Assembly: GCA_937952315.1 (NCBI GenBank)
Contig: CALFZX010000016.1
Span: 14,969 to 78,968 of the forward strand
Source of the DNA: an uncultured bacterium
Lineage (GTDB): Bacteria; Patescibacteriota; Minisyncoccia; CAIUEV01
Reading direction: 5' to 3'
DNA length: 64,000 nt
Part shown: piece by piece, positions 29,618 to 40,385 of the stretch
Layout of the letters: each line of letters starts with the position of its first letter
Position numbering within the stretch: the first letter of the stretch is position 1
Notes under the pieces: model-generated
The model's database searches: none
What the model was told of the DNA's origin: nothing
Seen by the model: only the letters and a program-made list of their open reading frames with translations
Translations under genes and position numbers: made by a program

Positions 29618-29830
29618 TTACCTGTCAACCTTGACTTTTCCATTTTTTCTGGCTACTTTTTGAGGAGTAGCCTTCTGTCCAGAGTGTTGCTTGTAAGCTT
29701 TTCTGTTGGCAATCCCTCCTTCAGCCGACAGAAAGGTAAGGGGGAAGAGGCCTTGATGGTTAATCTTTTCCGGCTTGCGAGTGACACCTTGAACAGAAAG
29801 AATCATTAAATTTCTCCTCTTTGAAAGCAA
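29618..29830 (-). CDS. small basic hypothetical protein (70 aa, K/R-rich; ribosomal-protein-like composition, family not recognised)
   Basis: ORF MLSKRRNLMILSVQGVTRKPEKINHQGLFPLTFLSAEGGIANRKAYKQHSGQKATPQKVARKNGKVKVDR. A weak resemblance to bL28 is not convincing. Confidence 0.25.
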   Translation of the reverse strand: MLSKRRNLMILSVQGVTRKPEKINHQGLFPLTFLSAEGGIANRKAYKQHSGQKATPQKVARKNGKVKVDR

Positions 29831-30918
29831 AAAGTATTCGTTGTCTCAAAATAAAAACGCCCCACGGGATACTAAAAACCCCGTTTTTTATGCCGATTGC
29901 CACTCGCGGTGTCGTCAAGGGTTTAACTCCGGAGGAGCTAAAAAAGCTAAAGGCTACTTTGGTTTTGGGTAACACTTATCATTTATGGTTAAAACCCGGC
30001 TTGAAAGTTATTAAACAATTTGGCGGGCTCCACAATTTTATGCAATGGAATCGACCAATTCTCACCGACTCGGGCGGTTTTCAAGTTTTTTCGCTAAGCA
30101 AGTTCAGAAAAATCACCGATCGGGGCGTTCGCTTTTCGGAGCCCGAATCCGGTAAAAAACATTTTTTGACGCCGGAAAAATCAATTGATATTCAATTGGC
30201 CCTCGGCAGTGATATTATAATGGTTTTGGACGAATGTCCGCCCTGGCCTTGCTCCAAAGCTGATGTTTTGTCCGCCGTTGAAAGAACGACTCACTGGGCT
30301 AAGCGCTGCAAAGATCATTTTCTTAAAAAAACCGCAGGCTATCCAAAGGGGAGCAAACCTCTGCTGTTCGGCATTGTCCAGGGAGGCGTTCACAAAGATC
30401 TAAGAGAAAAAAGCGCGCGCGAGCTGACAAATATCGGCTTTGACGGCTATGCCGTTGGCGGCGTCGCTGTTGGAGAGCCAAGAGAATATTTAAAAAAAGT
30501 CTTAAAATACACTCTGCCTTTTTTACCGGAGAAAAAGCCTCGCTACCTGATGGGATTGGGTCGGCCGGAGGAGATAATCGATTCGGTTAAGTCGGGTATT
30601 GATATGTTTGACTGCGTTATTCCTACACGCGAGGGGCGTCACGGACGATTGTTTATCAGACAAAAAGATTTTCAAAAGGTGGGCACCCCTAAAAAATTTA
30701 ATCCGAAATTAATCTACAAAAACATTAATATTAGTAGAGAAATTTACGCTAAAGACAAAAAAACTATTGACGCCAATTGCAATTGCTACCTCTGTCAAAA
30801 TTGTTCCAAAGCGTATTTGAGACATCTTTTTAAAATTGGCGATATTTTGGCTATGCGACTCGCCTCAGAACACAATTTGCGATTCTATTTGGAATTGATG
30901 GAGAGAATGAAAAAGTAG
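29821..30918 (+). CDS. tgt: queuine tRNA-ribosyltransferase
   Basis: LVLGNTYHLWLKPG, TDSGGFQVFSL, LGSDIIMVLDECPP and a C-terminal Zn site CxCxxC...H (CNCYLCQNC...H). Confidence 0.85.
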   Translation: MKAKSIRCLKIKTPHGILKTPFFMPIATRGVVKGLTPEELKKLKATLVLGNTYHLWLKPGLKVIKQFGGLHNFMQWNRPILTDSGGFQVFSLSKFRKITDRGVRFSEPESGKKHFLTPEKSIDIQLALGSDIIMVLDECPPWPCSKADVLSAVERTTHWAKRCKDHFLKKTAGYPKGSKPLLFGIVQGGVHKDLREKSARELTNIGFDGYAVGGVAVGEPREYLKKVLKYTLPFLPEKKPRYLMGLGRPEEIIDSVKSGIDMFDCVIPTREGRHGRLFIRQKDFQKVGTPKKFNPKLIYKNINISREIYAKDKKTIDANCNCYLCQNCSKAYLRHLFKIGDILAMRLASEHNLRFYLELMERMKK

Positions 30919-31012
30919 TTACAAGGGGCAAGGAACAAGAAGTAAGAAGCAAAAAGAAATTCCCTTATTGAGAGGGGGCGGATCGCCATAGGCAAGACGG
31001 GATGTGTTTATT

Positions 31013-32008
31013 CTATTCTGGAAAAACTGACCATTCATAATTTTTATAGGCCCAATCAAGCATTTTTTGCATTTCCGTCCAACGTTGATGTTGACCGGCG
31101 TCAAGCACTACGCCGATAATTTTACCCTTATCAGGTAGTTCTCGCATCATCAGGAGGCAGTAACCGGCACTGTAAGTAAAACCGGTTTTTGCCCCTAAAA
31201 TTCCGCTATATTTTCCAAGCAGCTCGTTCGTGTTACCCACTCGATGGACTTTGCTAAATTCATCTTTGCTCACAATTTCTATGTGGGAAGGGGTTTGCAT
31301 TATTTCAAGCAGCATCGGATATTTCAAGGTTTCTCGGCCGACCAAGGCGATATCGTAAGCGCAAGAATGGGCCCCTTCATCTTGGAGTCCGGCTGCATCG
31401 GCGAAGTAACTATTTTTCAAACCCAACTCCTTCGCTTTCTCGTTCATCAAAGAAACAAAATCTTCTTCTTTACCCGGTCCGCCAAAGTGTTCGGCCAAAG
31501 CGCGCGCGGCAGTATTGTCGGAATTCATCAGCATTGCTTTCAACAAATCTTTCGCCAAAAATTTTTCGCCTGAAAGAAAATGAACCGTCGCTCCACCGGC
31601 CGTAGCGGCGTAGGAGCTGATTTCGACTCTCTCATTCCAATCCTTAACTCTATCCATCAACACAACGGCGGTCACCAATTTAGTTAAACTGGCGATATTT
31701 TGATCTTCTAACATCTTGTCTTCGAAGATCACTTTTCCACTCTCCGCATCTATCAGAACTGACTTTTTCGCCCAAACAATCAATTTTTCTTTTCTTTTAT
31801 TTTCCTTTGGTCGCGGAACTGAAGGCAAATTCTTTAAAGCTTCTTCCGCCAAGCAAATTTTTTCCGGTTCGACTTTCTCGGCCGTATCCTTTTCAGATCC
31901 GACAGCTTTTTCCGCCAAATGAAAAAAACTTGAATCGTGCAAATTTCCAATTTTTTCTTTAACGGGTAAAAGCAAAAAGGCGGACAGAAAAATTACTATA
32001 AAGAGCAT
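31013..32008 (-). CDS. D-alanyl-D-alanine carboxypeptidase (S11, PBP5-like low-MW PBP)
   Basis: N-terminal signal/TM plus SxxK (IASLTKLVT), SxN (MNSDNTAA) and KTG (GAKTGFT) motifs. Confidence 0.75.
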   Translation of the reverse strand: MLFIVIFLSAFLLLPVKEKIGNLHDSSFFHLAEKAVGSEKDTAEKVEPEKICLAEEALKNLPSVPRPKENKRKEKLIVWAKKSVLIDAESGKVIFEDKMLEDQNIASLTKLVTAVVLMDRVKDWNERVEISSYAATAGGATVHFLSGEKFLAKDLLKAMLMNSDNTAARALAEHFGGPGKEEDFVSLMNEKAKELGLKNSYFADAAGLQDEGAHSCAYDIALVGRETLKYPMLLEIMQTPSHIEIVSKDEFSKVHRVGNTNELLGKYSGILGAKTGFTYSAGYCLLMMRELPDKGKIIGVVLDAGQHQRWTEMQKMLDWAYKNYEWSVFPE

Positions 32009-32039
32009 CGTTTTCTATTTAGTTTTTTCTTCAAAATTG

Positions 32040-32110
32040 AGGTCCGAGGCGGAATTGAACCGCCGTGCGAGGTTTTGCAGACCTCTGCCTAACCGCTCGG
32101 CCATCGGACC
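32040..32110 (-). tRNA. tRNA-Cys (GCA)
   Basis: The minus strand reads GGTCCGATGGCCGAGCGGTTAGGCAGAGGTCTGCAAAACCTCGCACGGCGGTTCAATTCCGCCTCGGACC+U. It has a 7-bp acceptor stem, anticodon loop CTGCAAA, T-loop GGTTCAATTCC and discriminator U73, as expected for Cys. No CCA encoded. Confidence 0.75.
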
Positions 32111-32152
32111 GGCCACTCAACTAGGGTACACTAAAAATATTTTTCGGCCAAA

Positions 32153-33202
32153 TCAAAAATTTTTTGAACATGATCCGAAGTAGTATAATCTTCCCCCATA
32201 TTCAGTATAAGTTCGTCCGTAAATACCACCCAGAGAAGAAGAATCCGCCCAATCGGCATAGATTCTAAAACCGTTGCCGCATACAATAACACGGCATTCG
32301 GCATGTGTTCCCTTTATGTACCCGGAGTCACAAACAACTGTTTGATTGCAGTTATAGACATATAAATAGGCTCTTGTATATTTTTCACCATTTATGTATT
32401 TAGCATAGAAAAATAATCTTGGGTATGTGCCTGTATTCTCGCAACTGCCATCAGAATAGCAAATTTCATTACAGCCAACTTCAGCATTTTTATCTAGACA
32501 AATATAATTGGCTTTTTGATTTTCATAAAACCATTTTCTAAAATAACCTGATGGGCACCATTCCCCAAGACATTCCCCATTTAGGCATAAGTTTCCCTCC
32601 ACCGCTAGATTTCCGGTTCCACCCCAAGCTTTACTGACACGGGTAGTTCCTTTGTTTAAGATATAAAGATCCTCCTGACCATCAATATGCATTCGACCGG
32701 GAGTGGAGAGAACACTGTTAAAAGTTAAATTACCATTAATGTTAACGGCTCCATTGCTGGTATTTCCCCTTGCAGTAACGGATTGAAGAGTGTCGGTACT
32801 GGGGGGAGATGTAACCGGCCAAGCTGATTTACAGTCGCCTTTTATACACAAACTACCATTGGTAGAAACATTACCGACTGAGTTGACTAAACCGTTAACA
32901 GTCGCATTGCCTCTTACTGTTAAACTATCTGTTCTAGTTTCGCCTCTGACATCCAATTTAGCTTCGGGATTATCCGTTCCGATTCCGACTAATCCCGCCT
33001 TAACGATTAATCCATGGGCTGCTCCACCCAAATTCAAAATCAGACCGCCAATTTTGGATTGGCCGAAGGCGGAGGAGTTGAGGGGCGCTAAGATATTATT
33101 TCCGGGAGGAACGGTTGTCGGCTCCACCCAGGCGTGGACTGAGGAAGCGGCTAATATCAACGCTAAAAATATTATTGATTTGATTAAAGCCTTGTTTGGC
33201 AT
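32153..33202 (-). CDS. paralog C: secreted protein with shared N-terminal module and divergent Cys-rich C-terminal domain
   Basis: ...SSVHA|WVEPTTVPPGNNILAPLNSSAFGQSKIGGLILNLGGAAHGLIVKAGLVGIGTDNP...DTLQSVTARGNTSNGAVNINGNLTFN...GRMHIDGQEDLYILNKGTTRVSKAWGGTGNLAVEGNLCLNGEC. The C-terminus shares AKYINGEKYTRA and CDSGYxKGT with paralog A. Start set at MPNKALIKS by analogy with paralog A. Confidence 0.6.
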   Translation of the reverse strand: MPNKALIKSIIFLALILAASSVHAWVEPTTVPPGNNILAPLNSSAFGQSKIGGLILNLGGAAHGLIVKAGLVGIGTDNPEAKLDVRGETRTDSLTVRGNATVNGLVNSVGNVSTNGSLCIKGDCKSAWPVTSPPSTDTLQSVTARGNTSNGAVNINGNLTFNSVLSTPGRMHIDGQEDLYILNKGTTRVSKAWGGTGNLAVEGNLCLNGECLGEWCPSGYFRKWFYENQKANYICLDKNAEVGCNEICYSDGSCENTGTYPRLFFYAKYINGEKYTRAYLYVYNCNQTVVCDSGYIKGTHAECRVIVCGNGFRIYADWADSSSLGGIYGRTYTEYGGRLYYFGSCSKNF

Positions 33203-33229
33203 ATTGGGGAACAATAAAATTTATCATTT

Positions 33230-34495
33230 TTACCACCACTGTTCAATCTCGATTAAGCGATTGTATTTGGCGGTGCGTTCTCCGCGACAGGGTGCGCCAC
33301 TCTTAATGTAGTCGGCACCGGTGGCGACGGCTAGGTCGGCGATAAAACAACCGGGTGTCTCCCCGCTGCGATGAGAAATGGCCACCTTGAATTTGTGCGC
33401 CTGTGCCAAACGAATACACTCAATGGTTTCAGAAAGTGAGCCGATCTGATTCGGTTTGATTAAGACGGCATTGCAAGCCTTCTCGGCAATGGCTTCCTGC
33501 AGTCTCAAAGTATTGGTGACGGTAAAGTCGTCGCCGATTAAAGCCATCTTGCTTCCCAATTCTTGATTCATTTCTTTCCAGCCAGCCCAATCATCTTCCG
33601 CTAAGCCGTCCTCAATGAGTTCAAAAGGAAAAGACTTGGCCCAATTTTTGTATTCCTGAATCATTTCCGACGAAGATAGAGTTTTTCCTTCGCGGATCAG
33701 TTTATATTTTTTCTTACTACGAAGATAGAATTCATTGGCGGCCGCGTCGATACCTATTTTAATATCCGTACCCAGCTGGTAGCCTGTCTTTTTAATAGCT
33801 AAAGCAATCATTTCAAGAGCAGTTCGATTTTTGGGCAAACGAGAGGCATAACCACCTTCGTCGCCCACGGCCACCGAGTATTTTTTTTCTTTCAATAATT
33901 TGCCCAAAGTAGCATAAGTTTCACTGACGGCTCGCATTTTTTCCGCAAAAGATTTTTTGATACCACTCGGCACCAACATAAATTCTTGGATGTCCAGACC
34001 GGAATCGGAATGTTGCCCCCCGTTGATCACATTGCACATGGGAATGGGCATTTTCTTTTCTTTACGAAAGGAATATACATTTTGAAGGTATCTAAACAAT
34101 GGCAATTTGAAACTTTCCGCTCCCGCTCGAGCGCAAGCCAGAGAGATTCCCAGTACGGCGTTAGCGCCGAGACGACTTTTATTGGGCGTGTTGTCCAGTT
34201 CAATCATCAGTCCGTCGATTTTCTGCTGTTCCGTCACGTCCGCCCCTTTCAACAAAGGAAAAAGTTTTTTCTCAATGGCCTGGCAAACTTTAGTTACGCC
34301 CTTTCCGTGATAGCGATTTTTGTTTCCGTCTCTTAGCTCAAGTGCTTCATGGCTACCGGTTGAAGCTCCGGAGGGAACGGCGGCCACCCCAACGGCGCCT
34401 CCTTGCGTTTTAACCTCCACTTTTACGGTCGGATTACCTCGAGAATCGAGAATTTCTAGCGTTCTGATTCGCTCAATTTTCAGATTTTTTGTCAT
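33230..34495 (-). CDS. eno: enolase (phosphopyruvate hydratase)
   Basis: 421 aa with VPSGASTGSHEALELRDG, the metal-binding region and a C-terminal SHRSGETPGCFIADLAVA motif. Confidence 0.95.
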   Translation of the reverse strand: MTKNLKIERIRTLEILDSRGNPTVKVEVKTQGGAVGVAAVPSGASTGSHEALELRDGNKNRYHGKGVTKVCQAIEKKLFPLLKGADVTEQQKIDGLMIELDNTPNKSRLGANAVLGISLACARAGAESFKLPLFRYLQNVYSFRKEKKMPIPMCNVINGGQHSDSGLDIQEFMLVPSGIKKSFAEKMRAVSETYATLGKLLKEKKYSVAVGDEGGYASRLPKNRTALEMIALAIKKTGYQLGTDIKIGIDAAANEFYLRSKKKYKLIREGKTLSSSEMIQEYKNWAKSFPFELIEDGLAEDDWAGWKEMNQELGSKMALIGDDFTVTNTLRLQEAIAEKACNAVLIKPNQIGSLSETIECIRLAQAHKFKVAISHRSGETPGCFIADLAVATGADYIKSGAPCRGERTAKYNRLIEIEQWW

Positions 34496-34661
34496 CTGTT
34501 TGTGTTTAGATTTTAATTTTTGCGAAAAAATTTATATTTTAATAATAAAAAAAATAAACCGAGGAAGCAAATTAAAAAAATTTTTTCGCCTTCGATTTGT
34601 TTCTTCCAAAAATAAATGTTAGTTTATTTCCATAATTTCAAATAAGTCTTAAAAGCCCTCT

Positions 34662-36074
34662 ATGGAAACTGATAGTCAGTCAAAAATGCAAAAGATAGTT
34701 TCACTTTGCAAGAGACGAGGGTTTGTTTTTCAAAGTTCGGAAATTTACGGCGGGTTTGCCGCTATTTATGATTACGGTCATTACGGAACGCTACTGAAAA
34801 ATAATATTCGTGATTCTTGGTGGCGGAGTGTGGTTCAACTGAGAGAAGATGTTTACGGATTAGATAGCGCTATTTTTATGCATCCGAAAACTTGGGTCGC
34901 CTCCGGTCATGTGGACAGCTTCGATGATCCCCAAGTGGATTGCAAAAAATGCAAAGCGCGTTTTCGAGCGGACCACTTGTTGGAAGATTTCGGTATTAAT
35001 GCCGACAAAGCCACGCTGGGATTTATTAACGGAGAGCTGGACAGATTGAGAAAGGAAGGTCTTCTGAAATGCGCCAATTGCGGTTCTGTCGATTTAACGT
35101 CGGCTAAAAAATTTTCTTTGATGGTTAAGTCTAATTTAGGCTCGCCCACGGACGTTTTAAGCGAAGAAAATGTGGTTTATCTCAGACCGGAAACTTGTGG
35201 CGGTATTTATCTGAACTACAAAAATGTTATTGATTCTTCGCATCCGAAACTTCCCTTCGGCATCGCTCAGGCGGGGAAAGCTTTCAGAAACGAAATTGTG
35301 GCCAGACAGTTTATTTTTCGCACTCGAGAGTTTGAACAGATGGAAATGCAATATTTCCTGAAGCCGGAAGACATGGAAGCCAAGTATGAGGAATGGAAAA
35401 AATATCGTTGGCAATGGTATTTGGACAACGGGATAGCGGAGAATAAGATTCGTTGGATGAAGCACGAAAAATTAGCACACTACGCTTCTGAGGCTTATGA
35501 TATCGAATTTGAATTTGAATCGTTGGGCGGTTTTAAGGAAGTTGAAGGAGTTCACGCAAGAGGCGATTGGGATCTGTCTCAACACATGAAGTATTCGGGT
35601 CAAGATTTGAACTATTTTGATCAGACTACGGGTAAAAAATTTATTCCTCATATAATGGAAACTTCCGTCGGCTTGAATCGCCTGCTCTTTATGTTTATTG
35701 AGAATGCTTATACGGAGGAAGAGCTGACAAATTCAAAAGGTGAAAAGGAAACGCGGACAGTTTTAAAAATCGACAAAAAATTGGCACCGATTAAGTTGGC
35801 CATTTTTCCGCTTTTGAAAAACCGATCGGAGATCGTTGAGAAGGCGAAGAAAATTTACGATGATCTGAAAGAGGAATTTATTTGCGAGTTTGACGATAAT
35901 GGAAACATTGGCAAGAGATACAGAAGGCAGGATGAAATCGGCACGCCATACTGTGTGACAGTGGATTTCGAGACTCTTAAGGACGATTCGGTCACTCTTA
36001 GAGATCGCGATTCCATGCAGCAGGAGAGAGTCAAAATCTCAGAGGTGGCCGACTATCTCAAAAAAGTTCTTTAA
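34662..36074 (+). CDS. glyQS: glycine--tRNA ligase (class II, dimeric GlyQS type)
   Basis: N-terminal VSLCKRRGFVFQSSEIYGG...YDYGHYG, class II motifs and an anticodon-binding C-terminal domain. 470 aa. Confidence 0.9.
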   Translation: METDSQSKMQKIVSLCKRRGFVFQSSEIYGGFAAIYDYGHYGTLLKNNIRDSWWRSVVQLREDVYGLDSAIFMHPKTWVASGHVDSFDDPQVDCKKCKARFRADHLLEDFGINADKATLGFINGELDRLRKEGLLKCANCGSVDLTSAKKFSLMVKSNLGSPTDVLSEENVVYLRPETCGGIYLNYKNVIDSSHPKLPFGIAQAGKAFRNEIVARQFIFRTREFEQMEMQYFLKPEDMEAKYEEWKKYRWQWYLDNGIAENKIRWMKHEKLAHYASEAYDIEFEFESLGGFKEVEGVHARGDWDLSQHMKYSGQDLNYFDQTTGKKFIPHIMETSVGLNRLLFMFIENAYTEEELTNSKGEKETRTVLKIDKKLAPIKLAIFPLLKNRSEIVEKAKKIYDDLKEEFICEFDDNGNIGKRYRRQDEIGTPYCVTVDFETLKDDSVTLRDRDSMQQERVKISEVADYLKKVL

Positions 36075-36109
36075 AAAGAAATTTTTTTCTCGAACAAGGA
36101 GGGAGAAAA

Positions 36110-36373
36110 ATGGAAGTGAGATTTAAATTCACCGGAGAGATTCTTAACAATCTTGATTATTTGACTGAGCTTCTGGGTGAAATGAGGGGCTATAAAGTTA
36201 GAGACGAGGAGGCGCCATTAATTTTATTGGAAGCGGTGCAGAAGGGAATAAAGGCTTTAATTTGTGAAGCAGAATCTACTCTCGGTGGGAGTGAAGCTAT
36301 CTGTGTTCCTTTGAAAAGAGGAACATGTTTTATCAACCAATTTGAAATGACGGTGTACACTGATGATTGCTGA
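36110..36373 (+). CDS. hypothetical protein (87 aa)
   Basis: Short ORF preceded by a strong SD (AAGGAGGGAGAAAAATG). No family recognised. Confidence 0.35.
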   Translation: MEVRFKFTGEILNNLDYLTELLGEMRGYKVRDEEAPLILLEAVQKGIKALICEAESTLGGSEAICVPLKRGTCFINQFEMTVYTDDC

Positions 36374-36396
36374 AAATTTTAAACTCAAAAACAATA

Positions 36397-36427
36397 AAGC
36401 GCTCGGAAAAAATCCCGGCGCTTTTTA
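36397..36427. terminator. bidirectional rho-independent terminator between convergent genes
   Basis: AAAGCGCTCGG-AAAAAATC-CCGGCGCTTTTT: a GC-rich stem flanked by an A-run and a T-run, lying between the 36110..36373 gene and rpsG. Confidence 0.5.
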
Positions 36428-36448
36428 AATGAAAGCTGTATTTAATCT

Positions 36449-36901
36449 CTAGGCGAAGTGTGCGAAGGCTCGATTGGCTTCGGCCATCTTTTGAATGTCG
36501 TCTCTTCTTTTGATTGATGCGCCTCTTTTTTCAGAAGCTTCTATGATTTCGTTCGCTAGTTTTTGGCTCATCGGCTTGCCCTTCTTTGCTCGAGTGGCCG
36601 CCAAGATCCAACGAATGGCGAGAGTCAATTTTCTTCCGCCCATAACCGGAACCGGAATTTGATAGGTGGCTCCGCCAACTCTTTTCGCTTTAACTTCAAG
36701 TAACGGGGAAACATTTTTAATGGCTTCGTCCAAGACTTCCAAAGGATCCTTCTTGGTTTGTTCTTTGATTATATCAAGGGTTTTGTAGAGCACTCTAATG
36801 CCACAGGCCTTCTTTCCTTCTTTCATTATTTGTCCGATAAAACGGCCTAAGAGCACGCTACCGAATTTCGGATCTGGTTTATAGGTTTTCTCTATTGACA
36901 T
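36449..36901 (-). CDS. rpsG: 30S ribosomal protein S7
   Basis: LEVKAKRVGGATYQIPVPV...AIRWILAATRAKKG...IKRRDDIQKMAEANRAFAHF is canonical uS7. Confidence 0.95.
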   Translation of the reverse strand: MSIEKTYKPDPKFGSVLLGRFIGQIMKEGKKACGIRVLYKTLDIIKEQTKKDPLEVLDEAIKNVSPLLEVKAKRVGGATYQIPVPVMGGRKLTLAIRWILAATRAKKGKPMSQKLANEIIEASEKRGASIKRRDDIQKMAEANRAFAHFA

Positions 36902-36922
36902 GATACAAAAAATTTAAATTGA

Positions 36923-37348
36923 TTACTCAGCTTTTTTTGGGGTCTTGGCACCGTATTTACTGCGACCTCGTTTTCGATTTTCTACCCCGGTCGTGTCAAG
37001 CACGCCTCGAACAATATGGTATCTTACTCCCGGCAAGTCTTTGACTCGACCGCCACGGATCACTACAATGGAGTGTTCTTGCAAATTGTGTCCGATACCG
37101 GGAATATAAGCGGTAACTTCCATTCCGTTAGTCAATCGGACTCTGGCAATTTTTCGCAGAGCGGAATTCGGTTTTTTCGGAGTCATAGTTCCAACTTTTA
37201 CACAAACTCCTCGTTTAAAAGTACAGCCCTTATCATAATTGAAAGGTTTATTTTTCAATAAATTAAAACCTCTCTGCAAAGCGGGAGACTTCGATTTTTT
37301 AATTACTTTTTTTCTCGGCTTTCTAACTATTTGATTGACGGTTGGCAC
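36923..37348 (-). CDS. rpsL: 30S ribosomal protein S12
   Basis: [14 protein letters not shown]...[60 protein letters not shown] is canonical uS12. Confidence 0.95.
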   Translation of the reverse strand: MPTVNQIVRKPRKKVIKKSKSPALQRGFNLLKNKPFNYDKGCTFKRGVCVKVGTMTPKKPNSALRKIARVRLTNGMEVTAYIPGIGHNLQEHSIVVIRGGRVKDLPGVRYHIVRGVLDTTGVENRKRGRSKYGAKTPKKAE

Positions 37349-37379
37349 TTTAAAACGATTAAGGTTTAAAATCTAAAAT

Positions 37380-38057
37380 TTAATTACTTTTCTTCCTTTT
37401 TTCCTCCTCCGGTTTCTTATCTACTCCCTCAACGCTCTTAATATCGGCGCCGGTGGTTTGCTCCAGTTCATCAACTTCGCTTTCGGTGCGGGGTTCGTCC
37501 ACTTTGGCTATGATCAGGTCTTCACTGTTTAGGATTTCAATTCCCTCGGGGACTTCAATGTCTTTTATGGCAATCATGTCTTCGAAAGAAGCTAAAGATC
37601 CGATATTGACAACAATGGATTTCGGAATATCTTTGGCCTTGCAACGGACCTCGACATTCTCAAGATTTTGAAGAAGTATTCCACCCAAGTCTTTCACTGC
37701 CGGAGCGGTTCCTTCAAGGGTAATAGGCACTTCAACTTCGACTTCTTCATTGACATTAACGGCCAAAAAATCAACATGAATAATCCGACCGGAATATATT
37801 TGAGAAGCTACTTCTTGAATTATAACATCTAATGTTTTTTTCTCGCCTTCAATCTCAAGCTTAATCAGAGTTCCCTCACCGCCCGATTTTTCCATAACTT
37901 TGCGAAAAGCGAAACGAGAAAAAGTGATTTGAATATTTTTTTCCAGACTTTTTCCGTACACAATACCCAAAATCAAGCCTTCTCTTAGGGCTTGTTTACT
38001 CTGCATTCTTCTGTCTTTTTTGACCGCGGCCTTCAACAAAATCTCTTGTGCATTCAT
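37380..38057 (-). CDS. rplY: 50S ribosomal protein L25 / general stress protein Ctc
   Basis: bL25 beta-barrel (ALREGLILGIVYGKSLEKNIQITFSRF...GEGTLIKLEIEGEKKTLDVIIQEVASQIYSGRIIHVDFLAV) plus a Ctc-type C-terminal domain. Start placed at internal Met MNAQEIL; the ORF track extends to 38117. Confidence 0.8.
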   Translation of the reverse strand: MNAQEILLKAAVKKDRRMQSKQALREGLILGIVYGKSLEKNIQITFSRFAFRKVMEKSGGEGTLIKLEIEGEKKTLDVIIQEVASQIYSGRIIHVDFLAVNVNEEVEVEVPITLEGTAPAVKDLGGILLQNLENVEVRCKAKDIPKSIVVNIGSLASFEDMIAIKDIEVPEGIEILNSEDLIIAKVDEPRTESEVDELEQTTGADIKSVEGVDKKPEEEKRKKSN

Positions 38058-38119
38058 CGTAAAAAATAAAGTAACGCTTAATCTTAAGCCAAAAAAAATT
38101 TTTAGCTTGAGATTCAAAA

Positions 38120-38461
38120 TTACTTATTGGGCCCAACCTTTTTTGTCTCTAAATAGGCGGAAATAACATCATCGGCCGTTACATTCTCTCCTCGCTTGAG
38201 TTTTTCCAAATCTTCTTTGCCGGCATCGGTAACCGCTCCAATCGACAGAACGCCATCCTTACTTAAAACCAAATGAAAAATGAAAGAAACACCGCACTTG
38301 TGACAAGTCAAGTGATAGACGGAATTTCCGTTGACTTGATCGATCAAATCGATATCTTTTTCTCGAAAAACTGTTTTGCAATAAAGACAGTCGTTTGGTA
38401 ATTTTAGGGGAGAACTGTTTTTGGTGCTCAACATTGAAAAGCTAGCTGAAAATTTATTCAA
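38120..38461 (-). CDS. hypothetical protein with zinc-ribbon-like Cys pairs
   Basis: 113 aa with CxxC...CxxC (CLYCKTV...CHKCGV). No family recognised. Confidence 0.35.
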   Translation of the reverse strand: MNKFSASFSMLSTKNSSPLKLPNDCLYCKTVFREKDIDLIDQVNGNSVYHLTCHKCGVSFIFHLVLSKDGVLSIGAVTDAGKEDLEKLKRGENVTADDVISAYLETKKVGPNK

Positions 38462-38472
38462 TACAACTCAAA

Positions 38473-38593
38473 GTCCTGGCGACGACCTACTCTCACACTC
38501 CATCAAGGGAGCACTACCATCGGCGCTGGAGGGCTTAACGGCTGAGTTCGGTATGGGATCAGGTGGATCCCCTCCGCTTCAATCGCCAAGACT
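38473..38593 (-). rRNA. rrf: 5S ribosomal RNA
   Basis: The minus strand reads GTCTTGGCGATTGAAGCGGAGGGGATCCACCTGATCCCATACCGAACTCAGCCGTTAAGCCCTCCAGCGCCGATGGTAGTGCTCCCTTGATGGAGTGTGAGAGTAGGTCGTCGCCAGGAC. It has the helix I terminal pairing, the CCGAAC loop C motif and the GATGGTAGTG loop D/E region. A 12-nt perfect inverted repeat (CAACTCAAAGTC/GACTTTGAGTTG) flanks it as a processing stem. Confidence 0.85.
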
Positions 38594-38881
38594 TTGAGTT
38601 GTAATTTTTAATGAACTTAACCGATAAATTATAAATTACATAAAAAGAAATACTCCCACTACCAGAATAAAAAGAACCGAAATCCAACTGGCCAAGAAAA
38701 AACCTTCATTGAAACCTCTAATTTTCTTCATAATGTTTGCAAAGTTCAAAAATTGAAAGAGTCGTTTAATCAACCAAATCAACTGTTTTTGACTCTTTAC
38801 GGTCACCATTTTTCCTCGATAACCTCCGACCTAATTGAAAAATTTTTAAAAATTTAAAAACTTTTCAAAATTAGTCTCCTT

Positions 38882-40385
<1,504 letters not shown>

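Noticed and set aside
34496-34661. Possible T-box leader upstream of glyQS
   Set aside because: The intergenic region is only ~165 nt, and I could not find the T-box consensus (AATTAGGGTGGTACCGCG-like) or a specifier-loop arrangement.
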